Below the pieces are notes generated by a model. It worked only from the letters and a program-made list of their open reading frames with translations. It searched no databases and was not told where the DNA came from. Made by a program: the position numbers and the translations under genes. This document shows positions 1-12,066 of a stretch of DNA of 64,000 bases, piece by piece. The stretch's first letter is position 1, and each line of letters starts with the position of its first letter. The stretch comes from Lepidodermella squamata (lineage: Eukaryota > Animalia > Gastrotricha), in the NCBI GenBank assembly GCA_047495785.1, contig JBLDXI010000036.1, forward strand, positions 496,001 through 560,000, in the 5' to 3' direction.

Positions 1-2
1 GT

Positions 3-857
3 TACCAGAAAAGGAGCTTTTCCAAACCTAAATGTGATGTTCTAACTCACGATGACTACGATATGTGGCAGCTGGATAACACCTGCAGAAGCGAACAGTG
101 TCCTAGTGAACTGGGAAAACAATTCACTCCCTCCTGTTTTCTTTTTACATTAAAATTCAAACGGGATTCCAAATGGTATAAATGGCATTTTACATCGGGA
201 CCATTATATTTCTTAATAATTCTATATTTGATTACATACCTTTATCGTTATAATGGAGACGATAATAGAATATGGAACAGCACTGCTCTCCACCTGGCGA
301 CTCTTCTTTTATTTGTGAATTATTATTCTAATTCTATTAATGAATTTGGAAAGCTATTTCAAGTATTGACTCCTATGCAAACATACTTAGATGCTCTCAT
401 ACTAATAGGGGCAGCCCCGCTGTTCTTAGACTTCGCGATGTTAACACTCCTTCAAAAAGAAGACGCAAAAGGTGCAATAGGGATGCTGCAAAATATTTGC
501 CTTCTAATTTACGGTATTTGTTTCACCATGGTAGTGGTGCCATTTCAATTTGATAACCCTGACGTTTCCGCAATTTTATTTGGAAAATACTGGTGCTTGT
601 TCTTCAATTTCTTCTTGTTAATCTACGGGTTGATATTTGTCTACATCCCTTCTACACGTTACATCATCGGAATCATTCTAGTTAGTGTTATTAGTTTAAT
701 AATAACCTGTTTCGTACATTGCTTTACTTTGGATGATCAATACGGTACCATACAGGCAATGCTGATTTTATACGTCACTTTCTTCTTAATCTATCCTATC
801 GCAGCAGTGATAATATCTTATGTCATTGAAGCTTGCGCTATTGGGTGCCAATCGTGA
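3..857 (+). CDS. Multi-pass membrane protein of unknown family (5' partial)
   Basis: Frame is open from base 3 (YQKRSFSKPKCDVLTHDDYDM...). About 6-7 hydrophobic segments, AT-rich and intronless here. No family recognised with confidence. Confidence 0.55.
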   Translation, partial: YQKRSFSKPKCDVLTHDDYDMWQLDNTCRSEQCPSELGKQFTPSCFLFTLKFKRDSKWYKWHFTSGPLYFLIILYLITYLYRYNGDDNRIWNSTALHLATLLLFVNYYSNSINEFGKLFQVLTPMQTYLDALILIGAAPLFLDFAMLTLLQKEDAKGAIGMLQNICLLIYGICFTMVVVPFQFDNPDVSAILFGKYWCLFFNFFLLIYGLIFVYIPSTRYIIGIILVSVISLIITCFVHCFTLDDQYGTIQAMLILYVTFFLIYPIAAVIISYVIEACAIGCQS

Positions 858-1083
858 TTTGATTGTCTATGTAATTTGTGAGGCACTATTATGTTTTAAT
901 CACGTTGTGTCAGCTGCTAATAACTATTCAAGCAACAGTAGAATTCATTAATTCATAATAATTTAACTGATAGAAGGCAATTCGTTTTTCCCCACATTCA
1001 ATATAGTGTTTCAATTGAAAGAATATATAAATGAAAATAAAATAATAATAATAAATTAAAATTAATACTACACCGGCCCCTTT

Positions 1084-1552
1084 GATTTACCTGTGCTTGC
1101 ACAAACGATTTTGCACAAAAGCATTTGCACAAATGCAGTTGCACAAACGATTTTGCACAAACTCCATTTTCATAGCGGATTTCATCATTCAATGGCTAGA
1201 AAAGCTGTATAATGAAAGGGCAGCGCAGTCTTGAGTGATAGTAATAGAAAAATGGACATGGCATCGCTGATTGATTGATTTCAGCTTCATTTCTTCAATT
1301 CATCATTGCCCTAGGTCCGAACGTGAAACTCGCCACCGCTTGTAATTTAAACTCGAATCGGACGCATTAAAATATCTCAGCAGGGCCCGAAATCAGTCTT
1401 TGATGCCCATGGGCTTTGTCTTCAATTTGGTATATTCGATTTTCTTATTAAACTTGATTCCGCTTGAAAAATGGAGTTTGTGCGAAATATTTTGTGCAAC
1501 TGCATTTGTGCAAATGCTTTTGTGCAAGATCGTTTGTGCAAGTACAGACATC
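1084..1552. mobile_element. Foldback-type MITE with long TIRs built from (T)TGCACAAA subrepeats
   Basis: 1091-1170 is the imperfect reverse complement of 1468-1547. Ends are GAT...ATC, flanked by the direct repeat CCCCTTT (1077-1083, 1553-1559). Confidence 0.8.
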
Positions 1553-1558
1553 CCCCTT

Positions 1559-2498
1559 TTAGTTTCCCCATTCCTGCTCCGTCGGTTTGCTAAGATCGGG
1601 TTCGCTTTTAGCTGGGCGACGGCAATTCTGTTTGATGTTTCTCTTCTTACCGCAATTAAAAAAAATTGAGGGGTCGACGCCTTGGAGCGTCCGGGCGTCG
1701 AAATCCACCACTTTGAAACGGTCGATTAAAACGGCAAAAAGGGCGTTCTTGGCTGTTGTTGGGGTCCCCAATGCGGAGTTTTTCAACTGTCTCAGCCGAT
1801 TTATCCACCTTTTCATCTTTCTTCTTTTGTAGCTGTGTCAGAAGACCGATTAGAAGTGGCGTGGTTGTGTCTGTCACGTTGCCGATTACTGCCGATGTGC
1901 CGATTGCTCCGAGTTACAGAGCTCTTTCTTCTCGTTCTGCCAGTTCTATTGCTCCATTCAAGTTGGTTGGATCTCCACTGGCTTTGAACACGGCAATTCG
2001 AAGGTCTGGGCGTAATCCCGCCATGAATCTGGCTAAGAGTTTCGCATTCTGCACGGTTTTATCTGCGTCTGGGTCAGCGGTCCTGATCAGCTTCCTTAGT
2101 GCTGCTAGGAAGTCCCGGACCGATTCGCTGGGCTGCTGTGTTTTGTTTTGAAATCAGACTTCAGCGATTGGCTTGTGGATTTCAAGATGAGCACCTTTAG
2201 CTATGCTGTTCTTTGCTGCATTCATGCTAAACTCTAGGCTTCGGTCCTCCGCTTCCTAAACTTCGCGCAATTTTGCTGGCAGATAGGCTGGTAGCACTTT
2301 CAAGACTAAGCGCACTTTTTCTCGCGCCGTTCTTTGTGATGTGTGTGCTGCCGTTTGTGCTGCTGCATACTCTATCGTAGTCAGGTCTTTGGTTGCGGCT
2401 GCGTCGTCTATTCCACATGCTGCTTCCGGCGACTCACCAGAGAATTTAGGTAAGGCGCCGAGACATCGCTGTAGCTCCAACGGTGCTGGTGCTGCCAT
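1559..2498 (-). mobile_element. Degenerate LTR-retrotransposon gag (Ty3/Gypsy-like)
   Basis: Read across frameshifts and a stop: LPKFSG, MHR-like QQPSESVRDFLAALRKL, RFMAGLRPDLR, AIELAEREE and a degenerate zinc knuckle FNCGKKRNIKQNC. No pol follows. Confidence 0.8.
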
Positions 2499-3322
2499 TT
2501 TTACCAACGTAACTCAGATTTAATTCTTGACGATGGTACTCGTATTAGCTTTAGATAACAACACACATCGATAGTTTTCACGCTAAAATGCGCACATCGG
2601 GTACTTCCAAATATGCGCACACATTAAACATACGGACTATATGAAAAACAATGTCTATAACTCCAGTAACGCCCGCATGTCGTCGGTATGAATTTAAATT
2701 GTTGCCTAAACACTTCGCATCCCTTTCATTCTAGACCGCCTATCAATGTGCTTCAGCTGAACATCAAACCTCGTGATTGGCTCCAGGTAATTCAATTTAG
2801 AGGGGTCATTTTTACATCCCTAAACTCACCTCTGTGCAACAACATGCTGTGACCTCATTTCGGGACATACCTGGCTGAAAATAGGAGGCTTGTTGATAAT
2901 CGTCCCCGTAAATTTTTATAACGTTTTACCTTGTAGTTTTTGAGCTATCGATAAAAATGTGAAATTTTTGTTGGCTTCTTGTGCGTTTTTGTAGAAAGGT
3001 GGAAAAGTCGATCGAGGGTTCGGGCTCGTTGCGCAAATTGAGTAGGGCTGAAAATTATCGAAGGTTGTTAACGGCAATAATTAAGGGCTTACAGGCAGGG
3101 CTCTTCCAGCTCATCAGACAAGGCTCAGGTTCCGAAAGGCTCAAGGCTCAAAGTCAGGCTCATTATGACGACTCAGGCTAAGGCTCAGGGCTCTGTAAGG
3201 CAAGGCAGAGATCTATTCATTAAACGGTAAGCTTACATATTGATCGGGCTGGCTCGAGAGGGGCTCAGGAGGGCGAGGATCGCAAGGGCACCTAAAGGAA
3301 TACAGGAAATCACAGGATCACA

Positions 3323-3720
3323 TTAGTTTTTAGGGAAAATGTCGGTGATGAGGCGGCAGGGCTTAGCCGGGGCACTAATGCAGTCACGCAAGTGCCATGC
3401 TGGACAGTGCTTCTCCAGCATTCGGAGGCCGAAGGCGTCAGGCTGGAAGCTGGCAACGTAGGATATGTAATCCTTCATCCCGTTATTTGCGTTGAGGCAC
3501 CTGATGGCGTACCGCATCAGTTGATGCTCAAATGTGTCGCTGATTGCTTCCACGCCAGCTTCGACGACAACACCGAAAGGGTCGCAATCGATAGGCAGAT
3601 CCAGGGCAGCTTTCAAGCCGTGGGCCTGGAAGCCGAACAGACGTAGCTCGGACGACTTGGGAAGACAATATCAGGCTGGTGAGCAGCAATGTTCTTAGTC
3701 ATCGATTGCGCCAGCCCGAA
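3323..3720 (-). mobile_element. Probable non-LTR retrotransposon ORF2 remnant (post-RT region)
   Basis: LKAALDLPIDCDPFGVVVEAGV resembles the LR..LG.P..TP..AV..EAG segment that follows LINE RT domains. Fragmentary. Confidence 0.35.
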
Positions 3721-4619
3721 CGAAAATGGCCTGACTGGTTTCAGATATTCATTGATTGTTTAAATTATACCCCCGGCATTACTCTGACATTTCTAGGTAT
3801 TAACTTGACTAAAGGTTCTGCAGACGTTTACTGACAATTCCAAATTATCATCTCGAAAACAACGAAGCGTAAATACCTAGAAACATCTAGAAAAGTCAGC
3901 AAATTTTCGTTCGGGAGATCCATTAGCAATACTGGATTTTTAAAACAAATTTTTTACCGCCGACCATTTTGGCGGCTGGCAAGCAACGGCTCTGGCCGCA
4001 GGTAAAATCCGACCTTTATCCGGTCGCACCATTTTATTATTTGCTTTTATCGGCCTTCGGCCCTGAAAATTATCTACTATCTTACACAACTGGATTTCAC
4101 AACTCCAATCTCCAATTAAATTTTGAAATTTTCTCCCGTCAGACCGAGCTGACGTGTCGCGACACCCCAGCACCCCTGTACTTCGCACCCTGGTTAACAG
4201 TAGCCGAGGGATCAGGTGTCAAGTCAGTTCGAACACATGCAATACATACTTTAGCAATTGCTACATCAGAGGAAGCATTCATTTAAAGATAGTTCAAATG
4301 ATGCGGCTTCTTAACCCGGATATAAACCTGACCCTAGATGTCGATTAGTGAAAATTATTTCGAGATTCTAAAGTAACTTTTAACGCTGGTACCAAATCTG
4401 AAAACCGTATATTTTTATATTTATGCAAGGAATCACCATGCAGTCTCGAAGAAATGAGGGAAAAAGAGGGCACTATACTTGCTACACAGTGCTGATTTTA
4501 TTAACAATAGAAAGGCAAACGTGGTACACATCAGCAGCCATGTCCAGATTGCCTCGTGACATCGCCCTGCTTGCGATAGCTTGCAGCAGTCACCTCACCC
4601 CTTTCCTTTCTGGCCTCAT

Positions 4620-5500
4620 TCAGTTCTTGGCGGGCCCGCAGTATTTCACTTTTGTACCACTTGCGGCGGTCCGCCACGCCCATTCGCCTTTGCCCCCACT
4701 TAGTCTGGTGCATCCCTCGCGGGCTTCTTCTTCCGGTTGCCATTGTGCTTCGCGAGACTCGTGAGATTCGGGAAAATAGAGCTGAGGGGCCGGTTGGCGA
4801 GCATATACAGCTGCAGCAATGAGAGCAGCCTATAAAGAAAGATATTTGACATCAATGGAGAATAACAAAATGGCGCTGCATACAGTAGTTTTGCGTTAAG
4901 CCGGACACGACCCGCGCCAGACGATTTTGTCCGGCTTAATGAAAGTCCGGCTAATTGTAAGCCGGACATGTCCGGTTTAGAAAAAAGCTTCAATTATTTA
5001 ATATTTTTTTACAAGTATCAGCCCCATAGTCTCCTCATAGTCATGGTCGCTACTTTCTTCAGATGCCGACTGGGTGGGTGATACTGCGCGCTTGGGCATG
5101 GCGAATTTCTTATAATTTCTCAACTTTGCAAAACGGTTTTCAATTAAAAAAATGCTAGTAAACAGCACAAGTAAACCAGCGGTGACATTTCTAGCTGTTG
5201 CATAGCTCACTCGCTTCGAAGCTGGTACTTTTCACTTTTCGGCGGGTTTTTTCCTGAAAATTGTACCATAAGCTGGACATTTTGATGTTAATTCCACTAA
5301 AAATCTGTCCGTTTTAACGCATGTCCGGCTTAATGTCGTCCGGCTTATTGCAACTGTTAGTATGTAAAACGCTAGTCCGCGGCACGAGCCAGCCGATTTT
5401 GTCCGTATTAACGCAAGTCCGGCTTATTGTCGTCCGGCTTATCGCAAAACTACTGTATTACAATTACGAAAATAGCAATGATAAAACCAAGCTTAGCCAT
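4620..5500 (-). CDS. Secreted prepropeptide, single-disulfide peptide family member 1 (80 aa)
   Basis: Exon 1 5500-5468 (MAKLGFIIAIF), GT-AG intron 5467-4830 (63 nt once the MITE is removed), exon 2 4829-4620: AALIAAAVYA-RQPAPQLYFPESHESREAQWQPEEEAR-EGCTRLSGGKGEWAWRTAASGTKVKYCGPAKN*. Same gene structure as the paralogs at 7115 and 55965. Confidence 0.8.
4883..5455. mobile_element. Tc1/mariner (pogo-like) MITE inside the peptide-gene intron
   Basis: TIRs CAGTAGTTTTGCG...CGCAAAACTACTG, TA duplication at 4881-4882 and 5456-5457, repeated subterminal GTCCGGCTTA motifs. Confidence 0.9.
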
Positions 5501-6076
5501 TAGATGCTTTGATGACTTGAAAGGAAAACTATTAAAACCAACTTTTGAAAGTTTGAAAACAAGAGAATGAAATAATCTTCGTCAGGCTTCTCGAAAAGCA
5601 CTCTAGCAGCCAACCAGCTGAACTTACACTTGATAGGCATGTCGATGATCGAGGCGTGACGTCTAGACTATTGTCTAGACTGAACCAACAATTATGAAAA
5701 TAGGCGAAGTGTCAGCGGAAATATCCAGCCATAGAGCCTATAGTTTCCTGTCCGCAATTGATCGAAAATTTGAATAAGGTTCACGGCGTTCACAGCTAGG
5801 AAGCTCAGACGCATAGCTTCCACGATTCATCGCGTTTTTAGGTTCAAAAGTAATCATGCATTATTATTCATATGATTTTTGCCCATTTTTTGTTGTGAAA
5901 GCGCGGGCCTTATATAGTTTTTGCTTCATTACCCGGCTTGAAGGATTGCAGTGAATATGTTTCAATTTTCTCCGGTGGATGATGCTAAACACGTTATGAG
6001 TGATTTAACTTTACGTATCAATTAACAAGTTAAGTAACTCCGGTGTTACAAGGATAAGGATGTTCGCCTTATACCT

Positions 6077-6579
6077 GAGGGGTTTTTTTTATTCGCAACA
6101 GAAAATACAGCTACAGCTACAATTTATCGCATTCGAAAATTCGCTACAGAAATACTGTATTTCTCCTGTATTTTCAACGGATTCGAATAAAAAATACAGA
6201 AAATACAGCCTTATTTTTCCAACAAAAAATACAGCCAGAAAAAGTGTAAAGTGTAGAAATGGGGCTGCTTGTGCGTATAAAAAAGCCGGGGCGAAAATCA
6301 GAAGAAAAAAAACGGCTTGACCTCACGAGGAGTCGAACCCTCGACATCTATTTCGCCTAATAAACCAAGTCACATATGCGAATGGTTTAAAATTTCTGTA
6401 TTTTGTCCAGATTCAAAAATCAAGTGCTGGAAAAATACGCTTTATACTGTATAAAATATAGCGAATTTACGAACGCGTACAAAATTTCTGCATTATTTGC
6501 AGAAAGTGCTATTTTCGAACGAGAATACACATAATACAGTATATTCTGTTCGAAGTGTTGCGAATAAAAGAAACCCCTC
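6077..6579. mobile_element. MITE with ~24-bp TIRs carrying a tRNA-like 3' fragment
   Basis: GAGGGGTTTTTTTTATTCGCAACA ... TGTTGCGAATAAAAGAAACCCCTC. Internal AATACAG subrepeats. B-box-like GGTTCGACTCC on the minus strand near 6329-6339. Confidence 0.75.
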
Positions 6580-6825
6580 TGGGGGCTGTGATTTTGTTAT
6601 TTTTTATTCCCAATTTCTCTCAGAAACTCTTCACTCAGAAACTTTTTAACTAGGCTGAGTTTTCTATGCCTTTTACTAGAATATTATAATTTTGCCGGTT
6701 TCAAAATGGGCAAATTTTTCCGAAATGTTCAGCGTTCAGCTTGAATGGGACAATCTTTGCGCTCAATGTTGCACCTCATCCGCGGCTGCTCTTCATCCTC
6801 ATCGTAGCCGGTAGTGGTGTGAAAT

Positions 6826-7115
6826 TTATAGTGTAGAGATCGCCGCACTGCAGTAGTATTTGCCTCCATTGCCCATTTTAATCCTGCCAGCCCTTCCACT
6901 TGGAGCCGTGCACCTCTCACCAAGCTTTCCTACTTCTCGCTGAGCTGCCTCGCGTCTCTTAGTGACTCCTTGTCCAGGGGCGTCTGCATAATCTGCATTT
7001 GCCATGATGGTACAGCGGCCTATTTGGAGAGATAATAATGCATAACAAAGTCTGTAAATCATTATGTAAGACGTCTCACCAAAACGGCCAACACCAGTAC
7101 GAGCTTAGCTGCCAT
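6826..7115 (-). pseudogene. Single-disulfide peptide family member 2 (1-nt frameshift as assembled)
   Basis: Exon 1 7115-7080 (MAAKLVLVLAVL), 60-nt GTGAG...TAG intron, exon 2 from 7019. Adding one base near 7010 gives AAV(T)IMANA-DYADAPGQGVTKRREAAQR-EVGKLGERCTAPSGRAGRIKMGNGGKYYCSAAISTL*, collinear with the 55965 paralog. Confidence 0.7.
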
Positions 7116-8355
7116 GAGTTTGAAAGTTGTTGAACGAGAAGAAATAATTCAATTATCCTTATAAGATGAAAACTTGAATTATCAACTGAGCATAGATGCG
7201 CTTCTCGATGAGCACTTTACTAGGCACCCTGTTATTGCGCCGGTATTCAGCCCGATGCTTATTTAGCCTTCTATTATTAGTTCTTTGTTTTAATAGCTGC
7301 TCGTTTCATCATACGATATCGACTTGAAGTTTTTACTAACAGAAGTTTCATTAAAATTAACGCTAATAAGTAAGAAAGTTAGCGCGTTGTTTGTTTTGGT
7401 TAGCGGATATTTCATCCCTTTCTCATATCCCCCTCATCCCGCCTGAAAAACGCACGCTGGCGATACCAAAAATTTTATGTCCTGGCAAAATTTTCTGGCA
7501 CTGGAGAATAAATCTTCTCGTTATTCTCTTAGCATCGCCTCGCCCAAATCCAAGCTCACATTGATAGCAGTGTATTTTTAGCCAAATAAAAAATTCTTGC
7601 TGATAAAAAGTAACGGCGCCGAAAGCAGGGTTTCGAGTCGAACGTCGAAATCATTATCATAACTTACGATCGAAGAGGACGGGAAAAAAACGTACTTTGC
7701 TTCATCTTTGTATAAGTCGGATATTGACCACTAACTCCATAACAGTAATTAGCAGTAACAGTTTTCAACGAAATTTTCAACCCAGCGAAAATTTAAGCCT
7801 AATGAAAATTTGTAGCAATGAAGTAATAATTTGTCGAGCCCAGAGAAAATCGGAAAATGGAAATAAATTATTTACACAACAAATTGTATAGCGTCGGATA
7901 GAGAAAATTCTCAACGTGGATTAACTGATTTTTTCAAATTTTTCAAAAATTTCCGGAAAAATTCGTGTTGTTGATGTAAAATGTGCATATCATAGATTAG
8001 TCATAGATTCGTCATTTTTTCTAATTTTCTTAATTTTTCAATAGATACTGCGATATTTTCTTACCGTAGATATTACAGTACTTTTTCAGTATAGTCACCG
8101 TATAGCTACTGAAAAACAACGTAGAAATCGTATATTGGCTATTGGCTCAAATCATGAATCATTAGAGCTTCAGAACATTGTTAACCTTATATCGCAAAAT
8201 CAGTTAGGTTTAATTCTATTAAACCATGTAAAAGTTGTTTTCAAGTCGAAATCTGGCACGAGCCTCGAGGCCGAGCCAAATCATGTGATTTAAGCAGGCT
8301 GTTGTAACCCTAGCCAGTTAGGTATTCACGTTATTTTTTTGTGAATGAAAAATAA

Positions 8356-11300
8356 ATGAACAATTTTATTTTAACAGTTCTATTGGTTTCGTTCGCGGTT
8401 ATCGGCCATTCATCAGGTCAAGCTTTCAAGCGATGCTTCCAGGTGACCAACAACGGATTCAGTTCTTGCCGCAATAATAACCCTACTTGTGATCCTATCA
8501 CCGAATATCAGGTATTTTCAGAACTTTTTTGGCGATCAAATTGAAACTTGAAATTATACATTATAATTCATTCAAAGGTGGTAATTTACTGAATGAAATA
8601 TTTCCTCCGTTCAAAACTCTTACAATTTATTTTATTCATAATTCAACTACAAATTCGTGTTGAACATTGAACTGATTGAAAACGTTATTTTACTTATTTT
8701 AATCAATTCAATGAATTTGCGTCCACAGTGGGGCCCTTTCTTCGCAGATTTGGCAACGTGTCGATCGGGGGTAAGATTCGTGAAATTCAGACGTCACCCC
8801 TGTAAATTTTACCCAATTCGAAACAAGAATGCCAAAATGTGCTACAAATACGGCGCCCTAACGACGCGGTGCAATCCCGGCCTCGGCAACTGCAAATTGA
8901 CTGGCGAACCAGCTGCTGACAGAGAAATCGAGGTAAAATTCACTGATCTATTTTTCATTTCATCCTAATTTAAATTGCAGCTTAATTGGTTCAGGAAGAA
9001 CACATTGAAAGACAGTTTAACCGCTTGCAATAACGCGAGATCGAAATTCCCGGTAAATGTCTTCTATTTGTTTTAGTTATAATTTGTGATTTTAGAATCA
9101 AGCATTCAAACGATGCATGGACAGCGGAGTGGTGAAAACTTGTGTTCCGGCCAACTACGCCTGTCCCGAAAACTGGGTCAGAAAAAATGATCGATCAAAA
9201 CTTGGCAAAGCTTTGATTTTCTAGGTCGCGTCAGATGGTACTCCTTACGCTAATCTCAGCATCTGCATCTACGGAACTTCACGTGAGTATTTGTATACCG
9301 TCACTTGTACCTAATGAATTTGCTCATCTTCATTGGTGAAGTTCAAGTTCCAGACAGCGAGAAACCGCATGTCAGGTGTTTCAGTTCATCGAACAGGAGC
9401 TTTATCGATTGCCGCCCCGAGACAACTGGCTGCCAGGCTGTGGTGGAAACACGAGAATTTTCATCGGCTACGTTCTCGAATAAGGCAAACTGCTTGAATG
9501 GGGTAATATGCAAATTTGGAAATAGCATTTTCACCTTGCATTTCAACTATGTGCAAATAAAATTTCCTTTTTTTTCTGCTCATCTACGAATTTACTTACT
9601 TCGTATTCTTACTAATTTTTGCCGATTAAGTTTCCGATTATTTAGATATTGAAATTGAAGCTCTTGAACAACTATTTATCTTCGACTTTAATTGATTGTT
9701 GATCATTCTTCCTTTCAATAGAGAGCTGTCCAGTGTGTCACAGGCACCGGCAAGCAGTGCTACGGCATTTTTCCGATAGGAATCCGCGTTAGATTGTTAT
9801 CTGGACAATTAGAATATCTGAAACGATTTCAAGATTTCAGGTTAAAGTCTATGGCAACTCAACGTCTTTCAAAGAAAACCATGATGCTTGTACGATGGAA
9901 AATACCACAGAAAATACGGTATTTCGCTCGACTTTTGTTAAAATGAGATGGGGACACTAGGTATTTGTTTCTAACAGCACAAGCTTTGCACATCTGCCCG
10001 TCTCATGGCGGCAAAATGCTTTCCAGTAGCAAATGCCTGCCCTCAAGGCTGGGTAAGCTCCCATGTCTGCGAAAACTGTTGTATCAGAATTTATTTTAAT
10101 TCAGACATCAGCATCGACGTTCCCAACTGCTGAGCTGTGTGAGAAACGTGAGTTAGCTTTATTTTTGCAGTATAAGAATCGACTCAAATTTCGTGTCTAG
10201 AGACGCCGTTTGGCCTGCCACTCGAAACAGTCTACTTGCCTCTTAGCGATGTCTACGGTACCAGCGACATCAGTGGAAACGGCATCAACGGAAACTATTC
10301 CGGCTCGTCTTTGACATACGAGGTGTCTCCGTTTCGCGGCACGGGGCTCTCAATAAATTCGGCAATTGGATCCGTGTACTTGAATAGCAGCTTGCTCAAC
10401 GTCGAGAATTCGTCGTTCACAATTGCTGTATACGTCGTATTTCCGTCGGGTTCAAGTGGCCTGCAAAGAATTTTCGAGTTCTACGAAACAAGTGATCTTA
10501 CTTACATTGATATTAACAGAGCGACAGACTTTCTTCGAGTGGGCATAAGTATGTGTTTAATTGTTCATAAAATCGCAATACTTTTTTTCTGCCCTTTTGA
10601 GACCCGAATTAAAGTATTCTTAGACCTAAAGAATTATTTATTTGTTTGTGATAGATCAGAACTACGCCATTCCTCTTGCTGGCGCGCTGCCAAGCGTTGA
10701 TCGTATGACTGCTTTTGTTGCTATTTCCTACAACTACAATACGCAGAAGTTGCTGATCGTCCATGATAACTTTGTCTACGAAGAATCAGTTACTCAAAAT
10801 ACGAGACCGCTGGTTAGCTCGAAAATAAAACTCGGTGGCGATTTGGGCGGATACAGCAACTTCCAAGGCCAGCTTTCATGTTTCTCGCTTCACAAACACG
10901 CATTGACCCTTGACCTTTTATGGATCCTTCGAAAGAAGTGCCTTCAAATTCAGGCTGGGATGATTGTGACGCCGGACGTTTTCTACTCGCTGCTGTCGGC
11001 GAGCTATGGCAATTGGCCTTTGGTTTCCGATCTGAATGACCGCAGCGAGCCTAGAGCTGATTTTACGACCCCAAGTACACCTCTCCCGCAAGTGACTGGC
11101 CCGTTTGGCCGGCCGAGCACAGCGTTTCATTTCAATTCAACCGATCCTATTGCTGTAACTGCCGGGAAGATTAAGCTAAACGATGGTTTGACCATCACAC
11201 TTCACGCTACTTCGGCCAAACAGAAGGGCACAATCCTGGAGTTTGCCCCCGATGCGTCGACGACGGGGTTCAGGCTTATGGCTGATGTCAATCAAACCTT

Positions 11301-11682
11301 CATTCTCAGGCCGTATGGCGATGGGTCGGCTGATTTGACGGTTCGCTGTTCGGAATCGAGTGGAATCGAATGGCATTATCTTAGGGTTCGGCTTCACACT
11401 AGTGACGAACTTCTGTCATTCCAATGTAATTCAAGAGCTGTAGTCGAAGCTACCATACACCATCCATTCACCAGATCCGGATTATTCCACTTGGCAGGGT
11501 TTGTATCTTCCTATTCATTCTCGCCCAATAAAATGCTTGTTGACAGATCCTGGGCCACTCCAATCGAGCCGTTGAGGGGAAGCATAGCTTGCCTTAGCAG
11601 CTTCGGTACGACTCTCCACTCCGATCAACAACGAATCGCAGAAATTCGTTGTGCTTCGTATGCGATTCCAGAGCTGCTGTAA
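8356..11682 (+). CDS. Secreted protein: Cys-rich repeat modules plus two LamG/pentraxin-like (ConA fold) domains
   Basis: Signal peptide MNNFILTVLLVSFAVIGHSSG. Many small exons with GT/AG boundaries (e.g. 8356-8511, 8729-8770, 8828-8932, 8981-9052). Two C-terminal domains with LamG-3-like motifs (DISGNG, SFTIAVYV, FQGQLSC; GPFG, LTITLH, WHYL, LRGSIAC). Confidence 0.7.
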
Positions 11683-12066
11683 AATTTATCATTTCACTCA
11701 TGCCTCGCAGCGACATGTCACCTCTAGGATCTGTTAAATTGAGCTGTTTATGATAATGTGGATTATGAAGTTTATATTATGCTAGACTTGATAATAAGCC
11801 CGTTTCTATATGCAATATGTAACGCAGATGTTCGCACTTCGCCTGGGCGACTCCTATTTGCAATAATTGTTTTCGTCATCTGCAAACTATTTTGAGCGAC
11901 ACGTGTCCCCCTTAATTTAATGAGCAAACAACAAGCAACAAATAGGAAACAATAAAACTTAACAATCGCCTAAAATTTCCGGCATTGGCCAGCTGACGTT
12001 GGCCAGCTGCTTGTTTAGACCGGGATGCGGTTTTGGTTCGTGGAGCCGTAATACGGAAGCTTATAA

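Noticed and set aside
2510-2680. 5' LTR and primer-binding site of the gag element
   Set aside because: A TTGGT precedes the gag ATG, but TG...CA ends are not clean and no second LTR is present.
4423-4764. ORF-track proteins at 4423-4764 (+) and 4531-4743 (-)
   Set aside because: Alternative frames over peptide gene 1. Only the spliced frame matches the paralogs.
6290-6370. Complete tRNA gene
   Set aside because: Only a T-arm/B-box is visible; no acceptor stem, D-arm or anticodon arm can be folded.
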